DNA from: a bacterium
GTDB taxonomy: Bacteria; Hinthialibacterota; Hinthialibacteria; Hinthialibacterales; Hinthialibacteraceae
DNA: 27,665 nucleotides
Direction of reading: 5' to 3'
Assembly (NCBI GenBank): GCA_041946805.1
Contig: JBHGBC010000078.1
Span: 1 to 27,665, forward strand
Both the position numbers and the translations under genes were made by a program. The notes below the pieces were generated by a model. That model was given only the letters and a program-made list of their open reading frames with translations, was not told where the DNA came from and made no database searches. Below, one piece after another: positions 25,938-27,665 of this stretch (positions within the stretch are counted from its first letter, which is position 1; each line of letters opens with the position of its first letter).

Positions 25938-27194
25938 TCAGGTCCCGGTGTCCTTGCGCTCCAAAGCCAGCAGGGTCACGTCGTCGTCGAATTGACCGCC
26001 GCCCATCCACTCGGCGGCATTTTGATAGGCGGTTTTCAAGGTGGCGTCGAGCGGATCGGCCGAGCGCCCTTTCAGGATGTCGGCGAGTTGTTCGTAGCCG
26101 AATTCCTGGTCGCCGCGCATGGCTTCGACAATGCCATCCGAAAACAGGTAGAGCCGGTCACCGGGTTCGAGGACGAGGCGCTGGGTTTGCAGACCATTGT
26201 CCTCGAAGGGGAGATTGCTGATGCAGAGGGCGCCCGGATCCTTGAAGTATTCCGCGCGGGAACCGTCCTTTTTGACCAAGAGCGGGGGGACATGGCCGGC
26301 GCGGATCCAGGTCACCCCGGCGGTTTCGGTGTCGAGCGTGGCGTAGAGCAAGGTGCAGAATTTCGTGCGGTCCCCGGGGAAGCGGCGGTTGAGCATGCGG
26401 ACCACCTGTTTGGGATCGAACAGCTCCTCGGAAGCCCGGTAGGCGAGACTGCCGCTGTGCAACACCTGCCGGGCGGCGGGGGTTTGGTCAATCATCCGGG
26501 TGAGAGAGACCGAAAGCAGGGCGGCGGGAACGCCGTGTCCGGAAACGTCCAGGATGTAGAAGGCCCAATGATTCTTGTCGAGGCGGATGATGTTGAGCAG
26601 GTCGCCCCCGACGTATTCGGACGGTTCGAACAGCCAGGCGAAACGGAAACCGGGGATCATCGGGGGGATTTCGGGGATGAAGCCGCGCTGCACTTGGGCG
26701 GCGGCGATCAGGTCCTGCCGCATCCGCTCGTTGGCGTTTTTCAGGGCTTCCTCCGCCTTTTTGCGCTCGGTGATGTCCCAGAAAATGCCCTGGGTGCCGA
26801 TGATCTTCCCATCGGCGTCGTGGATGGGGGTTTTGACCACGTGGACGTATTTCGTTTCCCGCTGGGAAATCTTGTTTTCCTCCACGTCCTCGAGGGTTTG
26901 GTTGTGTTCGATGACCTTGCGGTCGTCATTCCGGTACTTGGCGGCCAGATCGGGCGGGAAAAAATCGTAGTCGGTTTTCCCGATGATTTCCTCGATGGGT
27001 TTTTCGAGCAACTGGCAAAACCGTTGATTGACGAATGTGAACCGCCCCTCCAGGTCCTTGCAGAAAATGAACTGCGGGATGTTCTCGACCAAGGCGTAAT
27101 AAAACGCCGCCGTATCCTTCAGCTTCAATTCCCTTTGCAGGGATTGAATGTAATGTTTCTGATAATTCTGTGTCTTGGATGGCTTTTGTTTCAT
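25938..27194 (-). CDS. PAS-domain PP2C/SpoIIE phosphatase (RsbU/RsbP-like)
   Basis: PAS/PAC domain (KDLEGRFTFVN...DITERK) followed by GGD, DVSGHGVPAAL, AGH.P, SDG and DDVT motifs. Start 27194 fits the GAGGT spacing; 27200 and 27203 are alternatives. Confidence 0.92.
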   Translation of the reverse strand: MKQKPSKTQNYQKHYIQSLQRELKLKDTAAFYYALVENIPQFIFCKDLEGRFTFVNQRFCQLLEKPIEEIIGKTDYDFFPPDLAAKYRNDDRKVIEHNQTLEDVEENKISQRETKYVHVVKTPIHDADGKIIGTQGIFWDITERKKAEEALKNANERMRQDLIAAAQVQRGFIPEIPPMIPGFRFAWLFEPSEYVGGDLLNIIRLDKNHWAFYILDVSGHGVPAALLSVSLTRMIDQTPAARQVLHSGSLAYRASEELFDPKQVVRMLNRRFPGDRTKFCTLLYATLDTETAGVTWIRAGHVPPLLVKKDGSRAEYFKDPGALCISNLPFEDNGLQTQRLVLEPGDRLYLFSDGIVEAMRGDQEFGYEQLADILKGRSADPLDATLKTAYQNAAEWMGGGQFDDDVTLLALERKDTGT

Positions 27195-27616
27195 CTTCAT
27201 CAACCTCGGGACGGTCCATACCGGAATCGGGTTCGAGCCATATCCCTCCCTTGTGCCTGATTCATTCTATCACAAAAAAATCAACGAATACGTTGCCCAC
27301 TCTTCTTCCAGCCAGATCCTAAACAGCGAAGTATGAAATTCGTAATCGGGGCGGAATTCCCCGCTTTCTCCCCCCGGACTTCCACCTTTAGCCCAACTCC
27401 CGGAGGAAGAAATTCATGGCATTTTTCGCGAACCGGCCCGGAGCGGCGTCCCGGGCATGTTTCCGCTTCTCCGGGATGCCAAAAAACGCATGCCAGCAAT
27501 GACTATAGAATATCATAATTTATACTCCCAATTCAATTACCAATGTCGTGGTATCGGAGAAATTTTCCGGTTATCCGATGTCACTTGTTACTCAATTGCA
27601 GAGAAAAGATGAATCC

Positions 27617-27665
27617 CGCCCTTTCAGGGCTTCCCTCACCCTAACCCTCTCCCGGAGGGAGAGGG
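27617..27665 (+). repeat. Intact CGCCCTTTCAGGGCT + CCCTC hairpin composite
   Basis: Uninterrupted equivalent of the composite split by element B at 14387-14919. Confidence 0.85.

Noticed and set aside
25320..27260. 646-aa + strand ORF
   Set aside because: Antisense shadow of the well-supported PP2C and anti-sigma genes. It starts inside a repeat and has no recognisable motifs.

Overview
GC-rich bacterial contig-like window that starts and ends inside the same repeat, with about 19 plausible CDS. These are a ceramidase-like hydrolase, a large secreted glycosidase-like protein, an orphan hydrogenase maturation protease, a canonical-type PARG-like macrodomain protein, a DUF362/NapH-like/NapG-like Fe-S operon, a GH20 hexosaminidase, three paralogous prepilin-type genes, two small hypotheticals, a sugar isomerase-like TIM barrel, a GT-C membrane glycosyltransferase, a HAD phosphatase, a ~990-aa PT-linker surface protein and a PAS-PP2C/anti-sigma pair. 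The pilin and PT-protein style recalls candidate phyla such as Hinthialibacterota (OLB16) or Sumerlaeota, which is inference only. The most striking structure is intergenic. (i) A 210-211 bp MITE family (A) has 22-bp TIRs and fixed-length but highly variable internal segments; it occurs four times, and the three complete copies have perfect 8-bp target duplications. (ii) A second MITE (B) is inserted at the TA/CTAG of a hairpin repeat and itself carries a copy of A, giving a three-level nest whose empty sites are visible elsewhere in the window. (iii) Many REP/REPIN-like palindromes are present, and all complete copies of the asymmetric CCCTC hairpin face the same way. No transposase, RNA gene or CRISPR array was found.
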